A DNA stretch of 56,308 nucleotides, counting the filler, from Sphacelaria rigidula (Eukaryota): the NCBI GenBank assembly GCA_964200075.2. It is 4 parts of 4 records of this genome, joined end to end, with 100 filler letters (N's around TTAATTAATTAA, not from the genome) between each part and the next. Parts side by side here need not be neighbours in the genome. Positions count along the whole stretch, not along the records: positions 28,206 to 42,207 come from CAXNAA020002522.1; positions 42,308 to 56,308 come from CAXNAA020002523.1; 2 more parts are not named here. One strand, 5' to 3'. The number at the start of each line of letters is the position of its first letter. Position 1 is the stretch's first letter. This document shows positions 37,741 to 50,013 of the stretch, in pieces. The notes below the pieces were generated by a model. It had not been told where the DNA came from. It saw only the letters and a list, made by a program, of their open reading frames with translations, and made no database searches. Made by a program: the position numbers and the translations under genes.

Positions 37741-40700
37741 TCACGAGACCGTACAACAGCCACCACCAGAGCGTGACGAGCCTTGCCGACTCGCGGATTC
37801 TCCCGTGTTGCCGACACCGGTAGCCGTGCTGGCGGTCGCATGACCGCCGCCACCAAGGCCATCGCCGACCGCACCGTCGCCTCCAAACGCCGCATCGGAA
37901 ACCCCGCTCAGCTTGCCTGTCGGGCCCGCCGCTTTAAAGTCAGGAGACAACCCTCCGTCTCTTGCCTCATTCACATCCGACAGCTCGTCTTGCCCGCCCT
38001 CCGGTCGACCCGTGGCGCCCACCTCGCCGTCGTTAGCGTGTACAATGTTCTCAACCTGCTTTCTTGCTTGTCGGCCATCCTTGAACTTCTCGCGATGATC
38101 ATCACGTCTTACTGCAGTACCACCGGAAGGGACACTACTCAATTCCAGCGAGCCCGACTCCGACCCGCTTGGGTTTCTCTTGAAGCTGTTATCATGGCGG
38201 CTGCCGGCGCGCCCCGCCCCCGCGGCGGTGGCGGCTGCCGGCACTTTGCTATCCTCTCTCGCTACCACCTCGGCCGCCATCTCTGTCTTGCCAGATGCAC
38301 CAGCAGCAGCACCGACAAAAGCAGCTCCACCAGCGTCACCATCACCTCCGCCACTATTACTACGTTGGTGCCCGCTAGAACCCCATCCTGCACCTGTACC
38401 ACGGCCCTTTCTACGCCCCGTACCCGACGAATTCGCGGCGATTCCGCTCTTGACCCCTTTCTTTGATATCCCATCCCCCCCGCAGCTGCTACTATCTTCC
38501 AGCAAAGCAGTTCGTCCCACATCTGCTATCATCCCACCCCTGCCACCATCACCGCTAGCGCCGGCGGAAGTGAGATCTGCGGGAGGTCCCGACCACGACA
38601 GAAACACATCCACGGCAGAAGAAACGGAGTTCAACGCCGACGACGGCGCGGTGCGTGAGCTACCGGCGCCGGCCCCCGATATTGAGGCCGACAGTCGGCC
38701 CATGTCGCCTCCTTCCCAGGAGCTGATACTTCCGTGCGTCGACCAGGTACGATCATATGTCGATTCCGGGATACCGCCACCGGCCCCGCCGAGACCCGGG
38801 CTGCTGCCGGAAAAAGAACCCTGGGCCCGTTCCAGATCGGCAATGGTGGATGTTGCCGTGGTTGCCCACGACGAATTCGACGTGAAACCAAAGCCCCCAC
38901 CGGTACCGCTTCCCATCAACGCGGCCGCTTCTTGTACGGAGACTCCAGGAGTATCCGGACGGGAGCTGTGGCCAGGCCAAGGGTCCGTGCTGACGCTGGT
39001 GAGTGACCCGACGAGTGGAACGCTCGAGTCTCTCACCGCTTCTGCTGCTCGACTGCCCCGAGTATCGCTACCTCCAACAGGAGCAGCATCCGTGCTGGAT
39101 GCGAATGCTCCTTGCAACGGTGCATGTGTTGTTGGTCCAGTCGCCCCCGGCACTGGGACGGGCGATGGAGGAGCGGAAGTGGTTGCCGCAAGCAAGCTGT
39201 TTGAAGACGGCAGAAGAACGCTTTTCATCTCGCCTGCACCCTGGGGGGGTGCAATCGAAAAAGCACCGCCGTGCCCCGCCGCCGTCGCGGCGCTTTCGTC
39301 CGCCCTCACTTCCTGGTTCAAGCCCGCATGTTTAGTGACCATACCTGCTACATCTGCAGTCTGTGTAGTGCACCTACTATCCTCCGCGGGGATCAGCGTC
39401 ACAGATGGTATTTCTTCCTTCGCCTCCTCGTTGCCACTACGACCAGACTCAGGCTGTGAGGCAGACACAGTCACCGCTGGGAGCGGGACATTACTAGTTG
39501 CTTCTCCGTCCCCACCCACAACATCATATTTTACTGGTCGATGTAACGGAGGCTCGAGCGTCGGCATCCCTGTTGCTTCCATGTCAGCCCTGATAATTTC
39601 TTCCCTTGTCGTGCCAGGCGAAATGAGGTTCAACTCCTGAGATTTGCGACCTACTTGGTTGGGTATGTGAGATTCCACTTCTTCCAACTTTCCTTCCGTC
39701 CTCGCGTAGCTCCCGTCAGAGATTGCCGACGCAGCATCAGAGTCCGCGTAGCCGATACCCTTCACGGCATTATCCCTAACGTTCACCGCATGCCCCCGTG
39801 TAATCGGTTCCACAGCCGACGAGTGCCCCCCCGTACGCCCATTGTGCGAACTGTAGGTATTGACGCCCACTTGGTCCCTGTTCGATCCAGAAATGCCGTG
39901 CAGCGGTGACTCGGCCGTTGATTTCGCTTTCAACACGTCGTCCGCGGCCGCCGCCACCGCAACTCCTGCCGCTCCGACTGCCGAAGTTGCTTCAGAAGCT
40001 ACATAAATACTAGGCTCCGTATCTGCAATCACGGTCGGCTGCAGCTTGGTTTTCGTTTGCTGCGAAGGTTCCGAGCAAACTGCATCTGCTGTAGAGAGCG
40101 TATCGCCGGAATTTTCAGAAATGCGACCGCTATCGCGAATCGTGGCCATACCAGCACCGGGGTGCCAATCATCACTGACGGACACGGACGGGGAAGCTAA
40201 TGACGGCATCTCACTACCGTCGGTACTGCTGAACGAAGGACGAGCTTGCTCAACCTTCACAAGCGATGGAACCCTTTCTCGATCGGGAGGCCCCTGCTTG
40301 TCGCCAGATCCTTGCGTCTCACCAGCGCCCTGGATCTTGGCAGTCCCGTCGGTCTCACCAAACCCTGATCTAATATTCTTGTAATGCTTGGTTGTCGGCG
40401 TCGATCTCGCCTCCGTAATCATCGTCGGCCCAACCTTCTCTGGTGCCGACTGCACCCCTGCGTCACTCGGCCTCAAGAGGGTTGAGGGAACGGTCGATAC
40501 CGACCACTGGTCCTCGTCAGACAGTATCTGCATTCGGTCCGCTGCGCTGGCCGGCGTGCCTGAATTTTGCGATCGAAACATCGTCGCCTCAGAATTCGGC
40601 GTTCTCACGGCGGGAAGATCGGCTGACGATTCGGCCTCCTCGGCCGACTCTACCGCGTCTCCAGCCCGCTCTTCCTCTTCCGGTTCCTCTCCCGTCAATA

Positions 40701-41976
40701 CCACCCCGACTGAGGATGAACCCACCTTCCCCGAAACTCCTCCCGCGTCCGCTCCTGCACAACTCTCCACGTCAGAAGAACATGACGGAGCAGCTTTCTC
40801 ACGCGGTGGACGCTCAACGAGTCGCGAATCTGGCACCTCTGGAGGCATATCGTTGCGGATATCCAAGATTTCGCGGTTGCTTCCACTCACCGTGTCCGCT
40901 AGTGGCGGGGGAGGTTCCGAGAATTCTGGCGGCCCGGATGCCACCGCCGCGGACGTCGCAGGGTCTTCACCCCAAATAACTTCGCAACCGGCAGCAGCAG
41001 CACCAGAAGACGAACGCTCACCTATTGGCGGCGTCCAAGCTTCACCTGGGGCGAGATCGACGGCTTCACCCATAGATCGTATTGCAGTGGCTTTTCCGAG
41101 CACCCCTACCTCATCGAATTTTTCGTCGCCGCTTACTGGGAGGGCATCACCGCCAGTCGTCTCGGGCTCGGAGTCTACGCCAGCCACAGCGGGGGTAGCA
41201 TCAACAACTTCACTCCGTGCACCTGCCTCTGTCACAATCGAATTGCTCGCGGGCGCAAAGCTGAAGCCAGCAGTGGTCTTCGCCTCGCCCCCTTCCGCTC
41301 TTCGTTGATAATCGGACGGTGGACCACTGTTTGCCGTTTCTTCGATGAAATCCCCGACAGCACGCCCACCCGTCTCACCAGGCAAGGCAGTATCATCGCC
41401 CGGCACTCGGACAACTGCTTCCCCTGCAATTTCAGGCAAATTACCGTATCCGCCTCCGTCCGCTTTGTTTCCCCCAGTCAACGGAGAGCTGGCCGCAACA
41501 GCAACTTCTTCAGCACCGCCACGTAACGCAGCAGACCCCGAAAACACATTTACAGCAGAATTACCGTCGGTGTTTGGGATGGCATGGAGAGTTGTAGTCG
41601 TTTCATCGCCGCCCGGCAGAAACTCCGTTACATCAGAACGTAGCGCGCCCGAGTTTGTGCCCTCATTGGAAACGGCGTCAGTTGCTTCGGCATCGTGCGT
41701 TATCCCGGCGACCGGAAAAGGACAGTGCTGGTGGTCTATCACGGACACGACGCCGTCTGCTATTGCAGGTGCTGCGCACGGCCGTTCCTCGTCGGTCGCG
41801 TCGGTTGTGTCGCGGGACGGCGGCGGCGATGGCGGCTGGCTGCCATCGGTGCTCTTCTCCACCAATACCGGCACAGAGCGATCGCTGTCGGTGTCACGCC
41901 GTGTAGGTGACCACACCATGCTGTGTCGCGCGGGCGCCGCCGCGCCGTGATGCCCTGTGATGTGCGTGCGATGCAA
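37741..41976 (-). CDS. Giant open frame of about 1400 codons, probably a terminal exon; S/A/G/E/T-rich disordered protein ending GGGCCTVS* (CaaX-like)
   Basis: 4.2-kb uninterrupted ORF with coding-like GC-rich composition. No recognisable domain. The 5' end is uncertain and lies near the gap at 42208. Confidence 0.8.
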   Translation of the reverse strand: MHRTHITGHHGAAAPARHSMVWSPTRRDTDSDRSVPVLVEKSTDGSQPPSPPPSRDTTDATDEERPCAAPAIADGVVSVIDHQHCPFPVAGITHDAEATDAVSNEGTNSGALRSDVTEFLPGGDETTTTLHAIPNTDGNSAVNVFSGSAALRGGAEEVAVAASSPLTGGNKADGGGYGNLPEIAGEAVVRVPGDDTALPGETGGRAVGDFIEETANSGPPSDYQRRAEGGEAKTTAGFSFAPASNSIVTEAGARSEVVDATPAVAGVDSEPETTGGDALPVSGDEKFDEVGVLGKATAIRSMGEAVDLAPGEAWTPPIGERSSSGAAAAGCEVIWGEDPATSAAVASGPPEFSEPPPPLADTVSGSNREILDIRNDMPPEVPDSRLVERPPREKAAPSCSSDVESCAGADAGGVSGKVGSSSVGVVLTGEEPEEEERAGDAVESAEEAESSADLPAVRTPNSEATMFRSQNSGTPASAADRMQILSDEDQWSVSTVPSTLLRPSDAGVQSAPEKVGPTMITEARSTPTTKHYKNIRSGFGETDGTAKIQGAGETQGSGDKQGPPDRERVPSLVKVEQARPSFSSTDGSEMPSLASPSVSVSDDWHPGAGMATIRDSGRISENSGDTLSTADAVCSEPSQQTKTKLQPTVIADTEPSIYVASEATSAVGAAGVAVAAAADDVLKAKSTAESPLHGISGSNRDQVGVNTYSSHNGRTGGHSSAVEPITRGHAVNVRDNAVKGIGYADSDAASAISDGSYARTEGKLEEVESHIPNQVGRKSQELNLISPGTTREEIIRADMEATGMPTLEPPLHRPVKYDVVGGDGEATSNVPLPAVTVSASQPESGRSGNEEAKEEIPSVTLIPAEDSRCTTQTADVAGMVTKHAGLNQEVRADESAATAAGHGGAFSIAPPQGAGEMKSVLLPSSNSLLAATTSAPPSPVPVPGATGPTTHAPLQGAFASSTDAAPVGGSDTRGSRAAEAVRDSSVPLVGSLTSVSTDPWPGHSSRPDTPGVSVQEAAALMGSGTGGGFGFTSNSSWATTATSTIADLERAQGSFSGSSPGLGGAGGGIPESTYDRTWSTHGSISSWEGGDMGRLSASISGAGAGSSRTAPSSALNSVSSAVDVFLSWSGPPADLTSAGASGDGGRGGMIADVGRTALLEDSSSCGGDGISKKGVKSGIAANSSGTGRRKGRGTGAGWGSSGHQRSNSGGGDGDAGGAAFVGAAAGASGKTEMAAEVVAREDSKVPAAATAAGAGRAGSRHDNSFKRNPSGSESGSLELSSVPSGGTAVRRDDHREKFKDGRQARKQVENIVHANDGEVGATGRPEGGQDELSDVNEARDGGLSPDFKAAGPTGKLSGVSDAAFGGDGAVGDGLGGGGHATASTATGVGNTGESASRQGSSRSGGGCCTVS

Positions 41977-42103
41977 CGAGCCAAGGTACGGTAGTGTATG
42001 GGGTCACAAGAGGCGTTCTTTCCCTGCCTGGCGCAACACGTTTGAAAGCGTGGAAATGGCGAGAGATGGCACAGAAAACAGCGGGAGGTGAAAGCAGTGA
42101 GAG

Positions 42104-42136
<33 letters not shown>

Positions 42137-42207
42137 AGGGGGGGGGAGAAACCCTTGGGGGGGGGGGGGCAGCTTACAAAAAAAGCGGAAAAACCGGGAG
42201 TAAAAGG

Positions 42208-42307
42208 NNNNNNNNNNNNNNNNNNNNNNNNNNNNNNNNNNNNNNNNNNNNTTAATTAATTAANNNNNNNNNNNNNNNNNNNNNNNNNNNNNNNNNNNNN
42301 NNNNNNN
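42208..42307. other. Assembly gap with TTAATTAATTAA linker
   Basis: 44 N + linker + 44 N. Confidence 0.97.
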
Positions 42308-42308
42308 C

Positions 42309-42385
42309 TGATGCGCCCACATATACCGAAAGGTGTAAACTGGTGCCCAGAATAAATGGGACGACAACACACACACAACACATTC
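42309..42385 (+). mobile_element. 3' fragment of SINE family B, cut by the gap
   Basis: TGCGCCCACATATACCGAAAGGTGTAAACTGGTGCCCAGAATAAATGGGACGACAACAC matches 32740-32800. Confidence 0.75.
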
Positions 42386-42859
42386 CTGGTGGCGCCCAAA
42401 TTTATCAATCGCGCGAAAAAACCCTGGCAAGCGTGATGTCTTCCCGATTCTCGCCTCTCTCTCCAAGATTCGACACCTCATCAAGGGCAGCTGAACATTA
42501 CCTACACCAACGCAGTGTAACACCCGTACGCTGAATACCACCCCCGTTAATAACAGCCCAGGACAATAGATTATTGGGTATTTTTTGGCACAATGTCAGT
42601 ATGTACAACACTGTATCATGAGGTGTATGTTGTGTGTCATACCCAGAGGGATAATAGACTCTCGGACCCCGAGAGTTAATGGCTCGCTAGTGCTATGCTG
42701 TGCCGCCACACATTGCACTGCAGTTTTGTCGACGACTGCACATCTGCGGGTGAGGTCCGTGAAAAAAGCGACAATTCTCACTGACAGACAGAGCAACGCA
42801 GAAGATCGACAAATAGAGTGACACGAGGCTCACGACACCCCTACGGTACCTTGCTCCCT

Positions 42860-43145
42860 CGAAGATCCCCTTTCCATTAATATCGGTCAAAACTCTTCCA
42901 GCCATAACTTAATCTCGAGACGGTTTAGCTTAGATTTACCGGCGACGCATTTCTCCGTTTCACGGTATATGAACAATTCCAGCAATCGGTTAAATAATAG
43001 CATGCGCCACAAAAGCAAGGTCATGTGAAACCAGCTCAAGCCAGCAGCGGCTCTTGAACACACGACCCGGTACCGCTGCATATAGGCACCGTAGATAAAC
43101 TGCCCAAAGATGTGCGCCTCCTCCTTTTGATATGTCATATCCACG
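42860..43145 (-). mobile_element. Possible piggyBac transposase C-terminal relic
   Basis: VDMTYQ...Y......SWF...LL...N....IY......KLNRLEIKLWL loosely follows the piggyBac pattern VD..DQ...Y...KW..F..L....N.Y..Y.....F...L. Confidence 0.25.
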
Positions 43146-44008
43146 TGCGAATGACAAAAAAATATGCTATCTGCACACGCATACGTGCTATACTCGCTCG
43201 TCCACGTACAAAGTAAACCTTCTACTACAGTAATCTACGAGAACGACGCACACTACGCCGATTTTTTTTACATTTTATTTTCCTTCAATCGAAACGTCGT
43301 GTTTTCTGCACGTAATTATTTCTCCTCACAAATACATAGCCGTTTGCGCGCACACTGCTTCACGAAAATGAAACAAAGTAGGCTAACTGTTCCGGCGTCC
43401 ATACAATGCATAGTACGCGGCACCTCAACGTGTTGGTGCACACGACCCTCTCGAGAACGCCGAGATCCACTGCTTGCGCTAAACGCATTTCCTTTCAAGT
43501 TCGAAGGAAAATAAATACACGCCCTCTTAACCCGCTTGAGATCTCAGACTTCTATTCCTTATGTAATCATGTGCGTTTTTTAAATTCGAAATAAATTAAT
43601 GGAGGCCGTTTTCAACGCCATCATCTATCTGAACACAGACCATATCGGTACTGCAAACAATAACCCCGCCCCTGACCACCCGCGCCGCGAGCCTATCGTA
43701 GGTGCTATTTCGGAGTACGTGTGTTTCTTCTGAAAACATGCCCCTGCGTCATCAACGTCGGCGGTCATAAAATATGACGATACAAAGGCCAGAAAAACAT
43801 CGTTGCATAAGTGGCCACATTCGCCGTTCCGCCTGCTACATAGATAATCACGAAACACATCAGAAATAAAATGTTGACAAGTGAAGGCGTTGCTGTACAT
43901 ACATACCTTCGACGTAATCACACCGTGAATAACCGGTGCCTTCAAACAGATACCACCCGCCCTACTAACTACACCCTGTCAACAGCGCCCCTCACATCTA
44001 TCTCCTCC

Positions 44009-44707
44009 TCAAGCACCCAGCGAAAACACAGGATCTTGCAGGGCGTCTCGAGCCGACGGCCGCTCTTCAGCATCGTCAGAAAGTAGCCGTTTCACCAGTT
44101 CAACCATGCCTTCCAACACCCCCCCCCTAGGATCCATCAGCCCGCCCACCCCAGCTCCTCCCGCCTTGCCATCCCGACAATCGACATTGTTCTCTCCCAC
44201 CCTGCACCCAGCGACGATTTCGTACAGTATGCATCCCACAGCCCAAACATCCACGGCGGGGCCCCAAGCACGTCCTCCCCTGGCTTCAGGAGCAAGATAA
44301 GAAGGCGTGCCGGCGGTTTCACCCGGCATAGTCTCTGCGGTGTAGACGGCATTGCCGAAATCAATCAGACGCAGGTCGAAAGGCGGTGCCGGTGGGCGAG
44401 GCTGGGACATGGTGGATGTTGACGCGGTGGTAGTGGTCGTCGTCGTGGCTGTGTTGCCTCGAGGTGACTGAGTGTGGTGAAACGCGTTTGCTGCTGCTGC
44501 CGTAGCGGTCTCCGTTGACTGCGGGTCGTGTGAGGCGGAGCCTGGGCGGTGGTTGACGGTGGTGGGTGTGACCGGCAACGCTGACGTGCCGGCGGAATCA
44601 GAGGTTGCCGTTGAATATGGTAGCGGTAAAGATGGCGGGTAAAGGACCACATTTTCCGGTTTCATGTCGGCGTGTATGAGACCTGCTGAGTGGACGAATG
44701 CGATGCC
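44009..44707 (-). CDS. Ser/Thr protein kinase, exon 3 (subdomains VIa-XI and stop)
   Basis: GIAFVHSAGLIHADMKPENV...LIDFGNA...GTPSYLAPE...VDVWAVGCILYE...RPSARDALQDPVF. CAG acceptor at 44708-44710, phase 0. TGA at 44011-44009. Confidence 0.92.
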   Translation of the reverse strand, partial: GIAFVHSAGLIHADMKPENVVLYPPSLPLPYSTATSDSAGTSALPVTPTTVNHRPGSASHDPQSTETATAAAANAFHHTQSPRGNTATTTTTTTASTSTMSQPRPPAPPFDLRLIDFGNAVYTAETMPGETAGTPSYLAPEARGGRAWGPAVDVWAVGCILYEIVAGCRVGENNVDCRDGKAGGAGVGGLMDPRGGVLEGMVELVKRLLSDDAEERPSARDALQDPVFSLGA

Positions 44708-45157
44708 CTGTCGAATGGATGTGACAGGAAGGGAAAAGTCGGCGCAGGGGTGGGGTGGGGGAAGGAGGCGGGATTAGTGCAGTCACACCTTGTGATAATA
44801 CTTTCCTTCTTCCTTTGATAGCTATGGAAACGCACGTGGGGCAGCAATAACCCTCGGAACGCAGTGGACTGAACATATAAAAGGAGGGCGACAATAACGT
44901 GTCGAGTAACGCACTCACATACACGTTACCCGATTTGAAAAACGGATAGAGGACAGGCGCACGGTCTTTCATACTGCCGTATACTCTCTACGTGAAACAG
45001 GACGTCACCTCCGCGGCTCTCAGCATTTGGATGGGAAGACTAGAGCACGATCGAAATCAACCAAACCGCCAACTCTTCCAAAGCCACCACCACCACCGAA
45101 CCGACCCAGCCCCAGAAAAATCACACACTGAAGAACACACCAACAGCGGAAACCCAC

Positions 45158-45481
45158 CTCCAACAAACCGCGAGCAACAGCCACCACTTCGTGTGGCTGC
45201 CACACAGACGTCTGAGGCTTCGACGCAACCCCATTGACCGAGGAAACAGTAGGAGTCCTATGTTCCATGGGCTCCCGTAGAGATATCCCGCCGCCCCGAA
45301 ACACCAGACACACGTGATCCACGCCACCGATAGCAGAACGGCGGTAGAACCAGGAGGCCAGCTCGGCGAATCCTGCGCGGTCACGGGCAAATCCCGCCTC
45401 TTCTCTTTTGATCTTGAGAAACGCCAGGATTCCTACTTCGCGAAGGCATGTTCCCATGCCGTTCTCGCCCCCCGAAACGAC
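45158..45481 (-). CDS. Ser/Thr protein kinase, exon 2 (subdomains III-VIa)
   Basis: CLREVGILAFL (alphaC Glu), HVCLVF, VVAVARGLLE. CAG acceptor, GTGGGT donor, 324 nt, phase 0/0. Confidence 0.88.
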
Positions 45482-48400
45482 CTGTTTGCGCGCGCGTGTG
45501 TGCGGTGGGTGCAGCATAGTTTCAGCACCGCAATTCAAAGGAGATGTTGTGCAGGTATGGATGGCCATTGGAAGGATACTCCACAGTAGATCTGAAGATG
45601 TTGAGGAAATAGATCGATGGCGGCGTTGACGCCTAGCCGCTTGCTTTGCGGTAAAGCACCATCATTAGCACAGCACAGCGCCGCTTGTACCGTAGGTTGT
45701 CTTCACTGCCGCTGTGCAGTTGATGTCACGCGCTGTGAGAGCCGATGATGGAAGCTGTATGCTTGGAGAAGCCTGCTGAGAGTAATGATGCACTCCGTAT
45801 CTTTTGTAAATGATTATCCGAGGCGAGCGGCTCTTGACCGCCCGAGACGCCAAAAGCGGGCGTTTTTTTCTTCACCATTGCCCGAGCATTACTTTTGTAC
45901 CACCTACTTTCTTCGCGCCGCTCGCGCACTAGATGGGCTAGGAGGGTTGCAGTGAACGTTTGGTGTCCAGCTTGAAAATAAAAACGCGGAAAATTCCGCA
46001 ATTAAAGCAGAGAAAATAAAAACGGAGACGATTGCTGTCTCACGCAAAACTCGAAACCTTCACGTGTCGGACAGAAAAAGCACGTCATCTTGGGAAGCGT
46101 TTCGGCGACGGACTAGCTGCAGCCGGCTGTGCCATGTGCCATGTGGTGTGCACACTCGACGATGGCGACCACTGTACTGTCGCGTTGACGAAGTTTCGAC
46201 CACTAGTGTTTCAGCACCCTGCCGTCGACATACAGTGCCGTACGAGCCTAACGTTCTTCGATCGAGCGGTAGAGCTGCATGTAACTACTTGCCATATTCT
46301 CGCTGCTGCGGTGGAGACGTGAAAAAGACAGGCGACACAGTTGGGATGACGAACCTGGGTTTCATTTCGCGAAAAAGCTGTAAGGTTTCCGACGGCCTGC
46401 CTCAGATGTGTCGACACTTGTCACGGTACCGTGTGCTGCTACTGCTGCTGTGGTATTTTGTGTCGCGAAATTGCGGTGAGGCGTAACCGCGCGTCAGTTT
46501 GCATGTATTACGACAAGTAATTATAGACCCGTTTGTGCGATGCGAGCAGACTTTGCCAAAACTGTCAGACTTGAGACGCGTCGATATGCGATGTGATTGC
46601 ATTCTCCTGGCGATCGATTAAGCTTCACTGGCATGCCGTTCCTCCGGGCATTTTTTCCAAACGGGTTGTTAGGTCGGTTGACAGAAAAGAGCGGACAGAC
46701 AAGCTGCAAGCGAGCCGTGCATCTCCAAAACACGACACCAACCCAGTTAGTCTGAGCGATCATTTGCGGTATAGTAATCGATTTGGTTCGCAGTGAAGGC
46801 ATATGTCCTGCCGTCGTATTCAACACGACAAGGGTGAGCAACAAGGGAGCGGAGCGTCGCGAGTGTCGTCACCCTCTCGCTTGTGTCGCACTCACTGGGT
46901 GCTATTTTGTCGTATGCAAAAGTTATCTCGCTCAACGTGTGTAACAGTGTTATTCCTTTCCAACAATATGAGGTATTTTTTACTAAGTTTCAACTTTCAA
47001 CGGCGTGGGTTACATATGAAACGGTCATGCTCTGCGGCGTGAATTGTACTGAGGTTGGAGGAACACAAGTCCTTGGAAAATAGGTGTCCACGTCAGCACG
47101 GCAAGGTGGCGCTACAGACTTCGTTGGTGGCTGAGTTGCCCGGATGGCAAAGGATGCATACCACTGCCGAAGTTGGAAGCGCTTGGTATACGAAATGGGT
47201 CATTCCAGACGAATTCACGGCGAAAGTAGTACCGTGCTTCGAGCCGGCGGTACCGTGCTGACTGTACGACGCGAACCACGCCTCGGCAGGGTTGGAATGA
47301 CCGCGATTCATCCGTGAAAATTGCAAATTGCTCTCTGTTGCACTCTGAGAGCAGGCGAAACGGAAAGAATCCGCAAAGGTCGGAAAAACGTCGGCGGCTC
47401 GCAGCGAGAAAAAATGCATTATTTGGCTTGTTCTTTCAAAAATGTTAAAAATTGTAGAAAACGTGACCCCTCACATTGAGGAGCTACAAGTCCCAGATGA
47501 TTGAGCAATTCGAAAATAATTAATCTGTAATATGCAGTAGTAAAGACTCTCCTTGAGGAGAGAAGGATGCAAATAAGCCAAGGCTGGCAGCACGCGGGGA
47601 TAAGGCGTGGTAAAAAAGAAAAATGGGCATTCATTTTGAGGGCGAGGAAGAGATTCGGGCGTTCTCGGAAAGAATGGTAGTCACCATACTAAAATACCCT
47701 CAACCAGGGAAACCACTTTTTTTGTTCACTATGCCTCAGCCAGGCCCAACACAAAATTTCAATACAGAAACACAGAAAGTGGGCCGGGAAGTGGCCTGCA
47801 AAATACTATTCCGATTTTTTACCGAACCGGTTTCTAAACGGCCCATCCGCCGGCCAAAATATTTAGAGTTGGAGCCTAAATTTTGGTATGTACAATAAAT
47901 GAGGCATAATGAAAAAGTCATGCGTGGACCCGAATAGTATTTTTTTTATGAGTTGAGGGCAATAGCCAATTTTTAGGTATCCGAAAAATGCCATTGAATC
48001 ACGAAAAAAAAAAAGGATCCATGCATAATTACAGTACTGGGCGCTTGAACTATTTATTGTGTAATTTCTTCGTACTTGGCAATTTTCCTGGGCTCTTTCG
48101 CTTGCCACCGCTCGTCATATTGAGGATCTGAAGACACTTGTATCCGCTCCACATTCCAAGAAAAAAAGCCATATGTACGCAATATTAAGTGACTTACGGG
48201 CTGACCGGTCGTCGGGGGTCCAGACACGTTTCAGCCCAGATTCTGAATCTTCGATATTTTCGGTCGATCGAGCCTGTCCCCATTATATTTGTGAGGAAAT
48301 GTGCAGGTTTATATTTTTGAAATCCTATCTACTCACTGCGCTAGAGCTGAAAAACTGTGTTTCACGGTCAATAACACCCTGCTGATAAACGGGGTATCTA

Positions 48401-49233
48401 CTTGTATCGCTCGATAAAAGCAACTATCACTAACTTGGGCACTGGGGGGAGGAAGAGGGTCTGTTCATTTCACCAAAACCTACCGACGTCAGCACTTTCG
48501 AGTTCTATCGAAGAGTAGTCGCGAGAAAAAAATCTTCTGCAGAAAAATAGTTCACGCCCAGTATTATAAACTCCGAATGGGCCTGGAAACTCTAAATCCG
48601 CTTCTAGGCTGGCCCAGCTCGTACCACGAGTACTGTCTGTTCTTGTACTGCTATCAGGTGCAGGTCCTAATTCTAGGCTCACCTTCCACAGATAAAAGTA
48701 AATCGCAGTAAATTAAAACATTTTCGCGCGAAGCGCGATTATGGCAGAGCATATGAAAACCAACACTCGGCAAAAGTCGAGGACCCACCCGAAATTAGGG
48801 GAACAACCATAATAAATATTGCATGGGACATGTCCTGTATCACTGTGCCGCAGCACAAACACACTCATGCTCTGTCTCGTGTGCTGTAGCTATCGCTGCG
48901 CTGTTGTGTCTTCAGGCCTTTGTGAAGACGGTTTGATCTCCGCTGAGACTGCCTGAGTTGCTGGGTTGTCAGTGCGTTCGTCTCAATAATTTTGTCGGCC
49001 CGCAGTGCTCTCCGCACACTGTTGAAACATTTTTGGTGTGTTCGCTGTTTCGTCTCGAGTCAAACGAACAAGGCGTTTCCAAAGCCTATCATTTTTGTGC
49101 TGTAGTTATTGCTGTGCTGTCGTACATCCAAACACTCTACGACGGTTACGGTGCGATGTGTGCTGGAGGGTGCCTGAACAGTTGCTGCTGCATGACGTGT
49201 TTCGGTCTGCACTGAATTGGGGTGGGATCAAAG

Positions 49234-49638
49234 CAAGGATGTCTGTTGACAGGGTTTGAACCCCTTGATAGACTGTCAAGCACCAATTGCCTGTCTTGAC
49301 AGCCTTGACAGGGTAACGCCTGACCATATAACTGAAACCCGAAACGCCATTTTTTTTCGGCCCTGTTTTCCGAGCAAATGCGGTACATTTGATACTTTGA
49401 TCAGTATCAATCGTTTTGGGGATTGTACGCATGCTGCATGCTATTTTTCGGCACACTACAGCATTACCCAGTCGTATCTGCATGTGCGTTTGCTGGATTT
49501 GAAAAAAAGACGGGTTTCTACAGAGATGGGTAGGCGTTATTTACCCCGGGGACAGGGGATGTTTTGTCTTGACGACGCCAAACGCCTTGACAGACAGCTT
49601 GACAGCTTGACATCTTGACGTCAACCGACATCCTTCTG
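49234..49638. mobile_element. Non-autonomous hAT-like element (MITE) of 405 bp with 8-bp TSD GATCAAAG
   Basis: Left end CAAGGATGTCTGTTGAC; right end reverse complement CAGAAGGATGTCGGTTGAC. Flanking GATCAAAG at 49226-49233 and 49639-49646. Internal CTTGACAG repeats near both ends. Confidence 0.82.
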
Positions 49639-50013
49639 GATCAAAGTGCTGTTCAATCAATGCTTGAAAAAACCGCCACGTGACGGCTGTACAGCTGTCT
49701 GTTGCGTCTTCTCTGGTACTTCAGGTACAGTCGGGTCCTGCGATCGGGGGGGATACGCACGGCGGGTGCGTGCAGGTTGGGGCCAACAAACTGAGCCAGC
49801 ACGGAGCTGCTGTATCCTTGATTGATGGAAGCTGTCGTCTGTCTCGCAGCGGCGCAATGTGTGGGCAAATCAAAGCTACTTTTCGACTCATATTCCACTC
49901 GTTTTTCTCATTAGATTCAAGAAAAGTCACCGCATTCTGGTGTATATGGAGACTCGGATTGGTCGAAAAACCTTTGCATTCATAATTCTTGCCCCTATCT
50001 GTGGGCCCAGTGC

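Noticed and set aside
38180..41950. Long plus-strand ORFs (486, 306 and 201 aa)
   Set aside because: Antisense shadows of the GC-rich 1411-codon minus-strand frame.
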